DNA from: an uncultured Methanosarcinales archaeon
Lineage (GTDB): Archaea; Nanobdellota; Nanobdellia; Woesearchaeales; JACPBV01
NCBI GenBank assembly: GCA_964618315.1
Contig: CAZTWQ010000001.1
Coordinates: 6,877 to 70,876 of the forward strand
Reading direction: 5' to 3'
DNA: 64,000 bases
Under the pieces are notes generated by a model. The model was given only the letters and a program-made list of their open reading frames with translations. It did not search any database and was not told the DNA's origin. This document shows positions 45,431-55,227 of this stretch, one piece after another. Both the position numbers and the translations under genes were made by a program. How positions within the stretch are numbered: the stretch's first letter is position 1; every line of letters starts with the position of its first letter.

Positions 45431-47713
45431 CTATATCTCTTTCTTTTTTATGCTTCTTTTTAACCATTCATTCCATTCAAAAAATATTCTTTTTGAATCT
45501 AATGAACCAACTTCTTCTTTTACGTTATCTGATATCCTATGAAATTCATCATTTGATTGTATTACAAACTTTGCTTCTAATAATGAAAGATCTTTCTGTT
45601 TAACAGCAAAATTTACCATCGCTTCTTTGGTTTTAGCTCTGAGCATTATATTATCCCATACTGCATCCCAATTGCCTGCCCAGTCTTTTACAGAACCGGC
45701 TATAGATTTTAGAAGTTCAGAATCCCCATTTATCAAATCGTTTGAGGGTTGCAGTTCGTCTGTTTTACTGTCATATTTCATCAGATCAGAAAATCCATTT
45801 TCTAGTGATGGGTCTTGCTCCCATTGTTTTCTTACTTCTGTTATCTGTGTTATTCTCCTCCATTTATGCAGACCATCTGCTGAACGTATAGGATTTGCTA
45901 CTACAATCAAGTCTGTTGCTTTAAAGCTTGTTCTAGGAACTTCCAAATCATTAACTACCCTATCAAAAACACCATATGGTGAATCTCCGTGAATAGTCCC
46001 TGCCACAACATTTGCCAATGCACCAACACGCATTGCTTCATAAAGTGATTTGGCCTCTGTCGAACGTACTTCACCCACAATTAAACATGAATCTCCCAGT
46101 CTTAGTGTTGTTCTTATCCCTTCTTCTGCTGAAACTTCTGCAGTTCCTTTTGACATTGCTGATGCTACTTTCATCTGTTGAATGTTATAACCAAGTTTTC
46201 TTAATGCAGTGGAAGGTAATTCTAATGTATCTTCTATAGTGATCAGCCGATATTTTCTCATTATTTCTATCAACATAGCTCCAAGTAAAGATGTTTTACC
46301 TGCAGACCTTGTTCCTGCTACTAACATTGTCCTAGACCCATCTATAATAAAGCTTAATATTCCTGCAGCTAATGGATTCAACATTTTGTTGTGGACAAAC
46401 AAAGGCAATGTCCAAGGATCATCCCTATGCCTTCTAAATGCATAAGCTAACCCAGTCGGATCTAAAGGGGCAGTAATGGCGGCTACTCTAGCACGTGCAC
46501 CAGGTATTTCTAATTCTGTATCTAAAATAGGATTTGCTTCATCTAAGGGTCTACCTGAAATCATCCTAAGTTTAGATGCCCAAGAATCTGCTTCTGTTAC
46601 TACGGGCATCACGTTTGTTTTACAATCCCCAAAATCAGCATGAACAAGGAACATAGGTATCTCACCCATAGGGGAGTTTATAGTTATGTCCTGTACTTTT
46701 GGGTCTTTTAGCAATACCTCTATCAGCCCAAATCCAACTGTGTACCTTACTAAAATATTTGTTAATTCATCAACATCTTTTGGCTTTAGCCTTATTTTCT
46801 TAAATTCTGCTAATTCTTCTATTAAATCACGACCAATATTATAAAAGACATTTCGCATCCTTTCTGGGTCAACAAATTCGCTTTTCTTTGGCTTATGCTC
46901 TGTCATAATTTTCCTTGCAGAATCAAGTATTTCGTATTTGTCTTCGCTTAATCTAAATTCGGGAGGATTTATATGGTAAAGGTATTGTATTGTATCTGGT
47001 AATTTAAATATTGTAACTTCTGTGTTGTCAACTATATAAGAATCCAGCTCTTCTCCTTCTTCTGGGAATTTTGACATTAGTTTTGTGAAAAGGAAATCTG
47101 GTTTGATCAATGGTTTAAACACAGTCCTATAAATATCCCTAGAGCCTACTTTGTATCCTGCTAAGTGGGGTTTTACTGTTGATATAAGTTGTGTTGATTC
47201 CAGAAGTTGGATAAGGTGAGTCAGTATTCCAAGGTATTTTGGCTGGCATCTTCTGCATCTAGGATCTTTTCCTTTTTGATATTTTATATTTTCATCCCTT
47301 AATAATCTCCTTAAATCGACGTAAGCGCCTATTGGATCTGATCTTAAAAGATTAGATGCTATATTTCTAACATCTGAGTACCACTTGGCAACGCATTTTG
47401 TACAAGTTGGGTCATATACAAATGCGTTATAACTAAGAACCTCTTTTTGTTTTACTAATTTTTTGTATAGGTCTGCTATCCCCTTTAGGAAGGTTGTTTG
47501 AGAGTAATCATATTCTATATTTCTTTTTTGAAAGTAAACAATCTTAGTTACTGTACCTGCTTCATTAAGAATGTCACAAGTTTTGGACATGGTTACAGGA
47601 TCATCTTCTAAAGAAGGGACTTTTGTATAAGATTCACAATTAATCTGAAGAATGACGTCATCTCCTTCACGGAGTATATCATATGAAAATGGCTTTTTGT
47701 CAAATAATGGCAT
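45431..47713 (-). CDS. Type II/IV secretion ATPase (TadA/FlaI-like)
   Basis: GTRSAGKT, IEDTLEL, VGEVRS.EA, GTIHG. Confidence 0.92.
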   Translation of the reverse strand: MPLFDKKPFSYDILREGDDVILQINCESYTKVPSLEDDPVTMSKTCDILNEAGTVTKIVYFQKRNIEYDYSQTTFLKGIADLYKKLVKQKEVLSYNAFVYDPTCTKCVAKWYSDVRNIASNLLRSDPIGAYVDLRRLLRDENIKYQKGKDPRCRRCQPKYLGILTHLIQLLESTQLISTVKPHLAGYKVGSRDIYRTVFKPLIKPDFLFTKLMSKFPEEGEELDSYIVDNTEVTIFKLPDTIQYLYHINPPEFRLSEDKYEILDSARKIMTEHKPKKSEFVDPERMRNVFYNIGRDLIEELAEFKKIRLKPKDVDELTNILVRYTVGFGLIEVLLKDPKVQDITINSPMGEIPMFLVHADFGDCKTNVMPVVTEADSWASKLRMISGRPLDEANPILDTELEIPGARARVAAITAPLDPTGLAYAFRRHRDDPWTLPLFVHNKMLNPLAAGILSFIIDGSRTMLVAGTRSAGKTSLLGAMLIEIMRKYRLITIEDTLELPSTALRKLGYNIQQMKVASAMSKGTAEVSAEEGIRTTLRLGDSCLIVGEVRSTEAKSLYEAMRVGALANVVAGTIHGDSPYGVFDRVVNDLEVPRTSFKATDLIVVANPIRSADGLHKWRRITQITEVRKQWEQDPSLENGFSDLMKYDSKTDELQPSNDLINGDSELLKSIAGSVKDWAGNWDAVWDNIMLRAKTKEAMVNFAVKQKDLSLLEAKFVIQSNDEFHRISDNVKEEVGSLDSKRIFFEWNEWLKRSIKKKEI

Positions 47714-47784
47714 AATCTATCACTTCCCTTTTTGATTATATTATATTTAAGGAAAAACCAACAACTATGCTGATGGTTTTTTCT

Positions 47785-47928
47785 CTACTTGCTCTTTTTT
47801 TTTAAATTTTCCAATGCGACTTCTATAAGATGGGACTTGTTTCTGAATCTAGTCTTGTCTTTAAGTTTGATATTTATCCACTTAACTAAATCTTCATCAA
47901 TTGTAGCTGAAATTGGCTTTTTTGACAT
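47785..47928 (-). CDS. Ribbon-helix-helix protein (47 aa)
   Basis: MSKKPISATIDEDLVKWIN...FRNKSHLIEVAL; manually translated. Confidence 0.8.
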   Translation of the reverse strand: MSKKPISATIDEDLVKWINIKLKDKTRFRNKSHLIEVALENLKKKSK

Positions 47929-48050
47929 AATCAAAGGTATATTATAATATATAGTTTATAATACTTCCTATTATTCTATATTATAAAATATATTTTATAA
48001 TATAGTTAGAAATAATTAAATCTGAATTTAGGGGTTATTTATTATTAAAC

Positions 48051-48617
48051 TTAGAAGAAAGCCTGAAAAATACTTGAAATGAAATGAAATCCATCAAATC
48101 CTGGCAAAGGAAGCATATTAAATATACATAAGAACATATTTATCTTCCCCATTGGAACTATTATCTTATAGTATTTTCTATTTACTAGACTGTATTTGAC
48201 TACTGCTATAGCTGCTAACCAAAGAATAAGATTTGTTAATGGTCCTGCTACCGATACTAAAGCGGATTGCAATGCTGGAAGTGGGGTGTGAGAGACGTAA
48301 CCCCCTACAAAGAATAATAATGGAAATCTCATCATCTTTAGTAAGATTACGATAGCATACATACCATAAGGTGCATGTAATGTTGCTGTTGCTCCGAATG
48401 ATAATGCAACAAATTTATGGGCTAACTCGTGAAAAACAACTGCGGGTGCTGTAATCATCGCTGCAAATTTAATATTCTCAATCAAAGGTGATTTTCTATA
48501 GAATTTTAATGGGTCATAGCCTTCTAAAGGTTCTCTTTTAAAATAATCAGAGAAAATATAACCTATTGCAAAGGTCATAATAAAAATATCTATTATTTCT
48601 GCTAATGAGATTATCAT
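48051..48617 (-). CDS. Site-2 protease (M50 family)
   Basis: HELAH, AGPLTN, FNMLPLPGFDG. Confidence 0.92.
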   Translation of the reverse strand: MIISLAEIIDIFIMTFAIGYIFSDYFKREPLEGYDPLKFYRKSPLIENIKFAAMITAPAVVFHELAHKFVALSFGATATLHAPYGMYAIVILLKMMRFPLLFFVGGYVSHTPLPALQSALVSVAGPLTNLILWLAAIAVVKYSLVNRKYYKIIVPMGKINMFLCIFNMLPLPGFDGFHFISSIFQAFF

Positions 48618-48650
48618 TCTTAGGCATTATTAGATTTATTTATTTGTCAT

Positions 48651-49466
48651 TTACTCAGGCAACAAATGTTCTGGAATGTTTACATCAGAATCTTGTACCC
48701 TATTTAATGATGTTTCTGTGAAGAAATATGATTTTTCTTCTTGTTCTATGCTATAGATAAAACCAAAATTAGAGTCTATAACTACCTGGCCTATATTAGT
48801 ATTAAGCTTAAAGCTTTGCTTACCAAAATAAGATCCTTCATCTATCTTCTCTGCCCCTTCTATCTCCTTAATCCAATCTAAGGGGGTTTTTATATAAGCA
48901 GTGTCATAATCCAAGTCTTCTATCTTTCCAGTAAATTTCCCACAACTAGAATAGACTATGCAGTATTTTTCTGCTGTTGCCTTCTCAGTATCTATATAGA
49001 TAACATATTCATCTGATATATAATCTAATTTTATTTTATTATCTTTAACATAAATCTCATATTGCTTGCCAGATGGTGATTTGTATCTATATGAATAGCT
49101 ATTTATCTTTCTTTCTGCTACATCATTAAGCTGCTCTATCAATGATTCTTCTATTGAGGCGTCTTCACTAAGTTCTTCTGCTGTATCCCCTGATGTTTCT
49201 TCAGTTATATCTTCAACCAATATCTCTGGTTGTTCTTCTTCAGGTTCTACTATTGGCTCTTCTGCCAGTTCATTGCATTCTCCGTTTTCACATCCGTTTT
49301 CACAATCAGTTATTTGTTTAAATGTACAATCAGTGGTTCTATATGCTAAAGTATTTTCAGTTGGACAAATCCATTTTTCAGTACAAGATTTTGTAATTTC
49401 TGACTCTGATTTGCAGCCAATAAATAACATAATAATTGCTAAGATTATTAGATATTTGTATTTCAT
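48651..49466 (-). CDS. Putative lipoprotein
   Basis: Signal peptide with FIGC lipobox; C-terminal domain paralogous to next gene. Confidence 0.75.
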   Translation of the reverse strand: MKYKYLIILAIIMLFIGCKSESEITKSCTEKWICPTENTLAYRTTDCTFKQITDCENGCENGECNELAEEPIVEPEEEQPEILVEDITEETSGDTAEELSEDASIEESLIEQLNDVAERKINSYSYRYKSPSGKQYEIYVKDNKIKLDYISDEYVIYIDTEKATAEKYCIVYSSCGKFTGKIEDLDYDTAYIKTPLDWIKEIEGAEKIDEGSYFGKQSFKLNTNIGQVVIDSNFGFIYSIEQEEKSYFFTETSLNRVQDSDVNIPEHLLPE

Positions 49467-49541
49467 TGTATCACCATTTAAGACTTAAGGAGAATTCTAT
49501 TTAAAGTTTTTGGATTGAGGATTAAAAAATAATATAAAAAA

Positions 49542-50276
49542 TTAAATAATTGAGTTAAGGGGTATTACAGCTTCTTCTTTTACTGAATTAAAAGATACGT
49601 CTGTGAATTCGCATGTTTTTTCACTGCCCTCCACTTTATATATGAATCCATAGTAAGATTCTAATATTACTTTTCCAACATTTGTCTGTAAATATAAAGA
49701 GTCTCTGGATTCTACTACCCTTTCACCTATTTTTTCGGCTTCTGTTATTTGATTGGCCCAATCTATTGGTGTGTTAATATGTTCCTCAGTATAATCAAGA
49801 TCTTTTATCTTTCCGAATGTGCCGCTACATCTCGAACGTGGCTCACAGTAACCTTGTGCAGTCTTTTTATCTGTATCCAGATAAATAGTGTTATAAAATT
49901 TACCATCACCAACATTTATTATCGCTGGAAGGATTATCTTTGTATTATTCCCTTTAACATGGGTCTTATAGAGAAGATCACTACCATATTCCCTGTAATT
50001 ATAAGAATAACTTTCTAATTTTGTCTCTGATTTAGCTAAAATTTCATTTATTTCATCAGGTATATCTTCTGATGATTGTTTAGGCTTGGGTTTTGGGGAT
50101 TGTATCTCTGCAGATGGTTCAGGGGTTGAATCTGGTGATTGCACTCCATCAGAGGGTTCAGGTGTTGGCTCTTGAATTGTTGTTGGTTTATCTATTCTTG
50201 TTATTGTTACTTCCTGTTTTGCACAACCTATCAATAAGATCAGAACTAATAATATGGAATATGTGTATTTTGTCAT
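49542..50276 (-). CDS. Putative lipoprotein (paralog of 48651-49466)
   Basis: LIGC lipobox; shared SYSY.Y, IY.DT.K.TA..YC, TP.DW, TN.G.V motifs. Confidence 0.75.
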   Translation of the reverse strand: MTKYTYSILLVLILLIGCAKQEVTITRIDKPTTIQEPTPEPSDGVQSPDSTPEPSAEIQSPKPKPKQSSEDIPDEINEILAKSETKLESYSYNYREYGSDLLYKTHVKGNNTKIILPAIINVGDGKFYNTIYLDTDKKTAQGYCEPRSRCSGTFGKIKDLDYTEEHINTPIDWANQITEAEKIGERVVESRDSLYLQTNVGKVILESYYGFIYKVEGSEKTCEFTDVSFNSVKEEAVIPLNSII

Positions 50277-50342
50277 AAAGACCACCTCGTGTTTAATATG
50301 TTAATGAAGTTATTAAAATAAAAGTATTAAAACCTTTGGGTT

Positions 50343-50425
50343 TTTAGAAAGCTCTGCTTTCTAAACCGTTAGGAATTTTTTAAATTCCTAAAGTTTAATC
50401 CGTTTGAAAATATGTTATTTCCAAA
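50343..50425. repeat. Chained short palindromes (REP-like module)
   Basis: TTTAGAAAGC-TCT-GCTTTCTAAA, CCG, TTAGGAATTT-TTT-AAATTCCTAA, third degenerate unit. Confidence 0.6.
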
Positions 50426-50457
50426 AGTATATAAACATTACAAAATACCTATTAATC

Positions 50458-50811
50458 ATGACAGATTTAATCGCTTGTTTATCTTCAGGAAAAGGAACAT
50501 GGGGGCATGTTGCTAAGGTAATTGAGGGGAAGGAATGGAACAAGGTTTATTTGATTACTAATGAAGCTGGGAAGGATGCTTTTAAGAAAGATAATGTTGA
50601 ATCAATAGTTATTGATAATAAAAAGACTATTTCTGAGCTTGCTTTAGACATTAAGGGTGCGCTTAATGGTAAGATTAATGATCTAGAGGTTGCCTTGAAT
50701 ATTGTTTCTGGAGAAGGAAAAGAGCATATGGCAGTTGTTTCTGCTTTGCTTCAGTTAGGGTTGGGTATAAGATTAGTGGCTTTGACTCCTGAAGGAGTTA
50801 AGACGATTTAA
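50458..50811 (+). CDS. Small Rossmann/CARF-like protein
   Basis: LIACLS...VYLIT...VALNIVSGEGKEHMA pattern. Confidence 0.55.
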   Translation: MTDLIACLSSGKGTWGHVAKVIEGKEWNKVYLITNEAGKDAFKKDNVESIVIDNKKTISELALDIKGALNGKINDLEVALNIVSGEGKEHMAVVSALLQLGLGIRLVALTPEGVKTI

Positions 50812-51401
50812 TTTTTAGAGATGTAAACCCTATAACCTGATTTTTTGGCTATTGCTTCTACGTTACCAAAGACTTCTTTCATCTTTGCTTCTAAGGATTT
50901 TCCACCTTTTTTATGTCTAGCTACTATCTGCAGTAAGCCACCTTTTTTTAGATGGTCTTTTGCTTTTTCTATCATTTCAAAACATATTTCTTTTCCTGCT
51001 AATTGAGGGGGGTTTGCTATTATGGTGTTGAACTTTTCTTTTATGTTACTATAGATATTAGATTTCCTTATTTTTGCATTGTATATGTTATTTAGATGGA
51101 CGTTTCTTCTGATTAGTTTTATTGCCCTTTCATTTATGTCAGTCATTAGAACTTTAGTTTCTGGGAATGCTTTTGCAATTGCTATTCCAACTGGACCATA
51201 ACCACAACCTAAATCTAAGATTTCCCAATTAGATTCTATAATGCAATTATTTATCAATACTAAAGTGCCTTTGTCTATCTTGCCTATGGCAAAAACACCA
51301 GAACCAGTTTGAAATTTTAGGTTATTTCCCCTTAAATGTACTTCAATTTCTGTTATTCTTAATTCAGATGTCTGTTTTTCAGAATAATAATGCTCAGTCA
51401 T
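50808..51401 (-). CDS. RsmC-like SAM-dependent methyltransferase
   Basis: EHYYS, GVF...IDKGT, LDLGCGYG, NPP. Confidence 0.9.
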   Translation of the reverse strand: MTEHYYSEKQTSELRITEIEVHLRGNNLKFQTGSGVFAIGKIDKGTLVLINNCIIESNWEILDLGCGYGPVGIAIAKAFPETKVLMTDINERAIKLIRRNVHLNNIYNAKIRKSNIYSNIKEKFNTIIANPPQLAGKEICFEMIEKAKDHLKKGGLLQIVARHKKGGKSLEAKMKEVFGNVEAIAKKSGYRVYISKN

Positions 51402-51406
51402 TTAGG

Positions 51407-52141
51407 TTATACCATTATCCCATATAAATTTAATAATAACCTGTCAATTGCTCTGACCACTTCTGGGCCTATGCCCTGAACTATTATACAGTTATCGTCA
51501 AAGATAACTTTTGTCTCGGGTTCTTGTTTTATGTACAAAACAGGCTTGTCTGTATTGTCACAAGTTATGATTGGTCGGGTTTCACATGCTGATGTTTCAT
51601 TTTTATCGCATGCTGCAATAGGTAGTTTGTTGAATGCTTTTACTATGCTTTGATCAAACTCACCAACAGCTAATGCTACATATTGCAACTCAGTGCCTAA
51701 TGGATCAAAAGTTACGTATATCCCTTTTATAGAATTAAATGTAGTGGTATTAAGCTGACCTTCAATAGGTATGTCTTCAATATCGTTAGGGCTATAATGC
51801 AATGGAATATTAAATAAGTTGGTTCCTGCAACATTCTGCACCTGAGTGTACCATAAACCATTTGCAAAAACAAAGCTATAGCCATTGTAAAGATAGCCTT
51901 GATTGGAGTTTAATTCTTCTTTTAGATTTAATAAATGTAATTCGTCTATTGTTTGAGGTTGTTCTTTTTGAAAAAATCTGAAGCTGATTATAAATGCAAG
52001 AAGTATTATTATCGCTATTGCTGCACCAATCAAAATCCAATCAGAGGTTTTTTTCTCAGATTCAACCTCTTCGTGCATATCTTCTATTTCTCCTTTTAAG
52101 TCATCTACTTTTGTTTCTTTTATCTCTTCCAAATAAATCAC
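51407..52141 (-). CDS. Membrane-anchored hypothetical protein
   Basis: Single TM; PIITC...NCII...DRL shared with neighbour. Confidence 0.75.
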   Translation of the reverse strand: MIYLEEIKETKVDDLKGEIEDMHEEVESEKKTSDWILIGAAIAIIILLAFIISFRFFQKEQPQTIDELHLLNLKEELNSNQGYLYNGYSFVFANGLWYTQVQNVAGTNLFNIPLHYSPNDIEDIPIEGQLNTTTFNSIKGIYVTFDPLGTELQYVALAVGEFDQSIVKAFNKLPIAACDKNETSACETRPIITCDNTDKPVLYIKQEPETKVIFDDNCIIVQGIGPEVVRAIDRLLLNLYGIMV

Positions 52142-52713
52142 CCAATGATACCTAAGATAGAATATACTAATCTATCTTTGATCCTAAGAATATCATAACT
52201 ATTTCTTGCTTCTGCTATTATACAATTGTTTTCTAATTTAACCTGAGTTTGATTTGATCTTTTAAAAAATATGATTGGTACGGATTGTGTTGCGTCTTCG
52301 CAAGTTATTATAGGTGCATTAAATGTGCTGTTTGTGGTAAAGCCGCCCCTTAAATAAATATTAGAGCTAGCTAATGCCTGATTCATATTATATTGCGCTA
52401 ATGCTATCTCTTCTAGGAATGTATCATTTACAATGGATGTTGTATCTATCTCTGCCTTGTTAGATAATAAGTTTAAGATATCCTGACTAACTTCGATGCC
52501 CTCTACTTCTGAAGGAAAATAATCAAATATAATCCTATTGCTATTTATTACAGCTGACCACCCAGATTGAGTTCTTATGAATTTTACATCATTATATCTA
52601 AATTGGTCTGTTTCCCCACTGTATAGAAAACCAGCAATAGAGCTAATCATGATGAATGCTATAAAGAATACTAGAACAGCACCCCATTTGGATTTTTTTT
52701 CTTTTCTTGGCAT
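52138..52713 (-). CDS. Membrane-anchored hypothetical protein (paralog of neighbour)
   Basis: Single TM; PIITC...NCII...DRL. Confidence 0.75.
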   Translation of the reverse strand: MPRKEKKSKWGAVLVFFIAFIMISSIAGFLYSGETDQFRYNDVKFIRTQSGWSAVINSNRIIFDYFPSEVEGIEVSQDILNLLSNKAEIDTTSIVNDTFLEEIALAQYNMNQALASSNIYLRGGFTTNSTFNAPIITCEDATQSVPIIFFKRSNQTQVKLENNCIIAEARNSYDILRIKDRLVYSILGIIG

Positions 52714-52749
52714 ACTTATAATCAGTTTTTTTAGTTCATATTTAAAACT

Positions 52750-52830
52750 TTTTAAAATCTAAAAGATTTTAAAACGGTTTGAAAAATAAGGATTTTCAAA
52801 ACTTTTTAAATTTTAAAACGATTTGAAAAG
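52750..52830. repeat. Chained short palindromes (REP-like module)
   Basis: TTTTAAAATCT-AAA-AGATTTTAAAA, CGG, TTTGAAAA..TTTTCAAA. Confidence 0.55.
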
Positions 52831-52948
52831 TATATCTTTTCATTTCTTTAGATTTATATTGGACATGTGGTATATATATTTTTATGTATATTATTATATA
52901 TATTAATATAGAAACATTTAAATAGTACTTATATGTAGAAATAAATAT

Positions 52949-53101
52949 ATGTCTAATAAATCTATTCTCCAATTTCCAAATAACAAGCAGTTTATGGTTA
53001 CTTTACCAAAAGGTCTTGTGCTTGCTAAAGGATGGAAACATGGCGACAAATTAGAATTTGTGATAGATAATAAAGGGGATATTGTTATTAAAAAAGGATG
53101 A
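52949..53101 (+). CDS. AbrB/MazE-like DNA-binding protein (50 aa)
   Basis: QFMVTLPKGLVLAKGWKHGDKLEFVID..GDIVIK; manually translated; heads the ABC operon. Confidence 0.82.
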   Translation: MSNKSILQFPNNKQFMVTLPKGLVLAKGWKHGDKLEFVIDNKGDIVIKKG

Positions 53102-53105
53102 TAAA

Positions 53106-53798
53106 ATGAAAGACATAGTAATAAGATTAGATAATGCATGGAAGATCTATAAGATGGGTGATATAGAAGTACCTGCTTTAAGAGGGATAAACTTAGAAGT
53201 AAGAAGGGGTGAGTTTCTTGCTATAATGGGGCCTTCTGGAAGTGGTAAGTCAACTGCTATGAATATGGTGGGTTGTTTGGATGTTCCTTCAAGGGGTAGG
53301 GTATTTTTAGAGGGTCAGGATATTGCAAAACTATCTGAGTCTGATCTTGCTCAAATAAGGGGCAAAAAGATAGGATTTATCTTTCAGCAGTTTAACTTGA
53401 TTCCAACATTAAGTGCTGTTGAAAATGTTGCTTTGCCTATGATGTTTCAGAATACTTCCAGAGAAGAAAGATTGAATAAAGCAAGAAAGCTTTTGGAGAT
53501 GGTTGATTTGGGTGAAAGAGTAGACCATAAGCCCAATGAATTAAGTGGGGGGCAGCAACAGAGAGTTGCAATAGCAAGATCTTTAGTAAACGATCCTGAG
53601 ATGCTTTTAGCAGATGAACCTACTGGAAATTTAGATTCTAAATCAGGTCATAATGTTATTGATTTTTTGAAGGATTTGCATAAAAGAGAGAAGAAAACAA
53701 TTGTAATGGTAACGCATGATGAAGACATAGCAAAACATGCACAAAGAGTAGAGTATCTGGGTGATGGTCAAATAGTAAAAAGAAAAAAACATTTTTGA
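53106..53798 (+). CDS. ABC ATPase (LolD/MacB type)
   Basis: GPSGSGKS, LSGGQQQR, ADEPTGNLD, VTH. Confidence 0.95.
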   Translation: MKDIVIRLDNAWKIYKMGDIEVPALRGINLEVRRGEFLAIMGPSGSGKSTAMNMVGCLDVPSRGRVFLEGQDIAKLSESDLAQIRGKKIGFIFQQFNLIPTLSAVENVALPMMFQNTSREERLNKARKLLEMVDLGERVDHKPNELSGGQQQRVAIARSLVNDPEMLLADEPTGNLDSKSGHNVIDFLKDLHKREKKTIVMVTHDEDIAKHAQRVEYLGDGQIVKRKKHF

Positions 53799-53878
53799 GA
53801 ATATTAAATGATGTGATTATAAATCAAAACCCTTGGGCAGGGTATGTGAATAAATCAAAGAAATTTGAGGTGAATGAA

Positions 53879-55186
53879 ATGAATAATAGAAAAATGATGT
53901 TTAGTGTTTTGTTGTTGAGCTTGATATTAGGAAGTTTAAGTGTTTTTGGTGCAACAAGCACATTAGTAGGAAGAACACAGTTATACTTTCATGATGTGAG
54001 TGTGACTATGGTGAATTATGATCCTGATCCTGCAGAAGCAGGAAGGTATGTTACTATAAGGTTTAAGGTAGAGAATAGCGGAGGGGAGACTGCTGAGGAT
54101 ATTACCTTAGAGTTACTGTCCCAATATCCATTTTCATTAGATAAAGGCGAGAATGCTGTAAAGGATATAGGTTCTGTCAGAAGCAGACAGATGGGTGATA
54201 CAGGAGTAATAGTAGACTATAAGCTAAAGATAGATGAGAATGCACTTGAGGGAAATAATGAAATCGAGATAAGATACAAAATCAGTAATGGTGGTTGGAT
54301 AACACCTGAGCCTTTTGAGATTAATATAAATCCACATGATATACTTTTGAGTGTAGCTAGTGTTGATGCTCCTGAAATGATCAAACCTGGAGATGTAAGC
54401 AAGATTGATGTTAACCTGGATAACCTAGCATTGACATTTATCAAAGAAGTGAAGGTAAAGTTAAACCTAGATGATGTACCATTTGCACCCATTGGATCTA
54501 CTGATAAAAAAATCATAAAACAGATGGAAGCAGACTCTAAAGCTACTGCCAGTTTTAATCTTATGGCTGAACCTGATGCAGAATCTAACCTGTATAAAGT
54601 TCCAATTGAGATTGAGTTCTTTGATAGATTAGGAACATTACATACTAAAGAAGAAGTAGTTGGATTAATAATTGGAGCAAAGCCTGATTTGAGTATTGTA
54701 ATGGATGACTCTGAATTGTATGTAGGGGGGGGAATTGGTGATGTTGCAATAAAATTTGTGAACAAAGGAGTGACGGACATAAAATTCCTAAATGTTTTGT
54801 TGAAAGAAAGCAGGGATTACAATATATTATCTCAAAAAGAAGTGTATGTAGGTAATATAGATTCTGATGATTACGAGTCAGCTGAGTTTAAGCTAGCTAT
54901 GGGTAAGATAAAAGGCAGTGAAGTAATGCTTCCCTTGCTTATTGAGTATAAGGATTCTAATAACAATGAATACAAGAAAGATATTAAGATGCCATTAAAA
55001 CTCTATTCCACATCAGAAGCCAAAGCACTGGGTTTAAAAGAAGGGAGTAAAGGTGTTGGTATGTTTATAATGTTGATCATTGTAATAGGCGGGTTCTTTA
55101 TCTACAAAAGGCGGAAAAAGAAAAAAGATGGTAAGAAAGAAGAAGGTGTTACTGGTTTTCAAATGCCTTTTTTTAAGAAGAAATAA
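53879..55186 (+). CDS. COG1361-type S-layer-domain exported protein
   Basis: Signal peptide, repeated Ig-like beta domains, C-terminal TM plus basic tail; GAGGTGA RBS. Confidence 0.8.
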   Translation: MNNRKMMFSVLLLSLILGSLSVFGATSTLVGRTQLYFHDVSVTMVNYDPDPAEAGRYVTIRFKVENSGGETAEDITLELLSQYPFSLDKGENAVKDIGSVRSRQMGDTGVIVDYKLKIDENALEGNNEIEIRYKISNGGWITPEPFEININPHDILLSVASVDAPEMIKPGDVSKIDVNLDNLALTFIKEVKVKLNLDDVPFAPIGSTDKKIIKQMEADSKATASFNLMAEPDAESNLYKVPIEIEFFDRLGTLHTKEEVVGLIIGAKPDLSIVMDDSELYVGGGIGDVAIKFVNKGVTDIKFLNVLLKESRDYNILSQKEVYVGNIDSDDYESAEFKLAMGKIKGSEVMLPLLIEYKDSNNNEYKKDIKMPLKLYSTSEAKALGLKEGSKGVGMFIMLIIVIGGFFIYKRRKKKKDGKKEEGVTGFQMPFFKKK

Positions 55187-55227
55187 GTGTTGAGGTCAAT
55201 ACTTAGTAAATGAGGTGTTTTAATTAA

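Noticed and set aside
54217..54780. Long antisense ORFs (also 29616-30191, 55704-56117, 10089-10472, 63363-63629 and similar)
   Set aside because: Shadow frames opposite well-supported genes.
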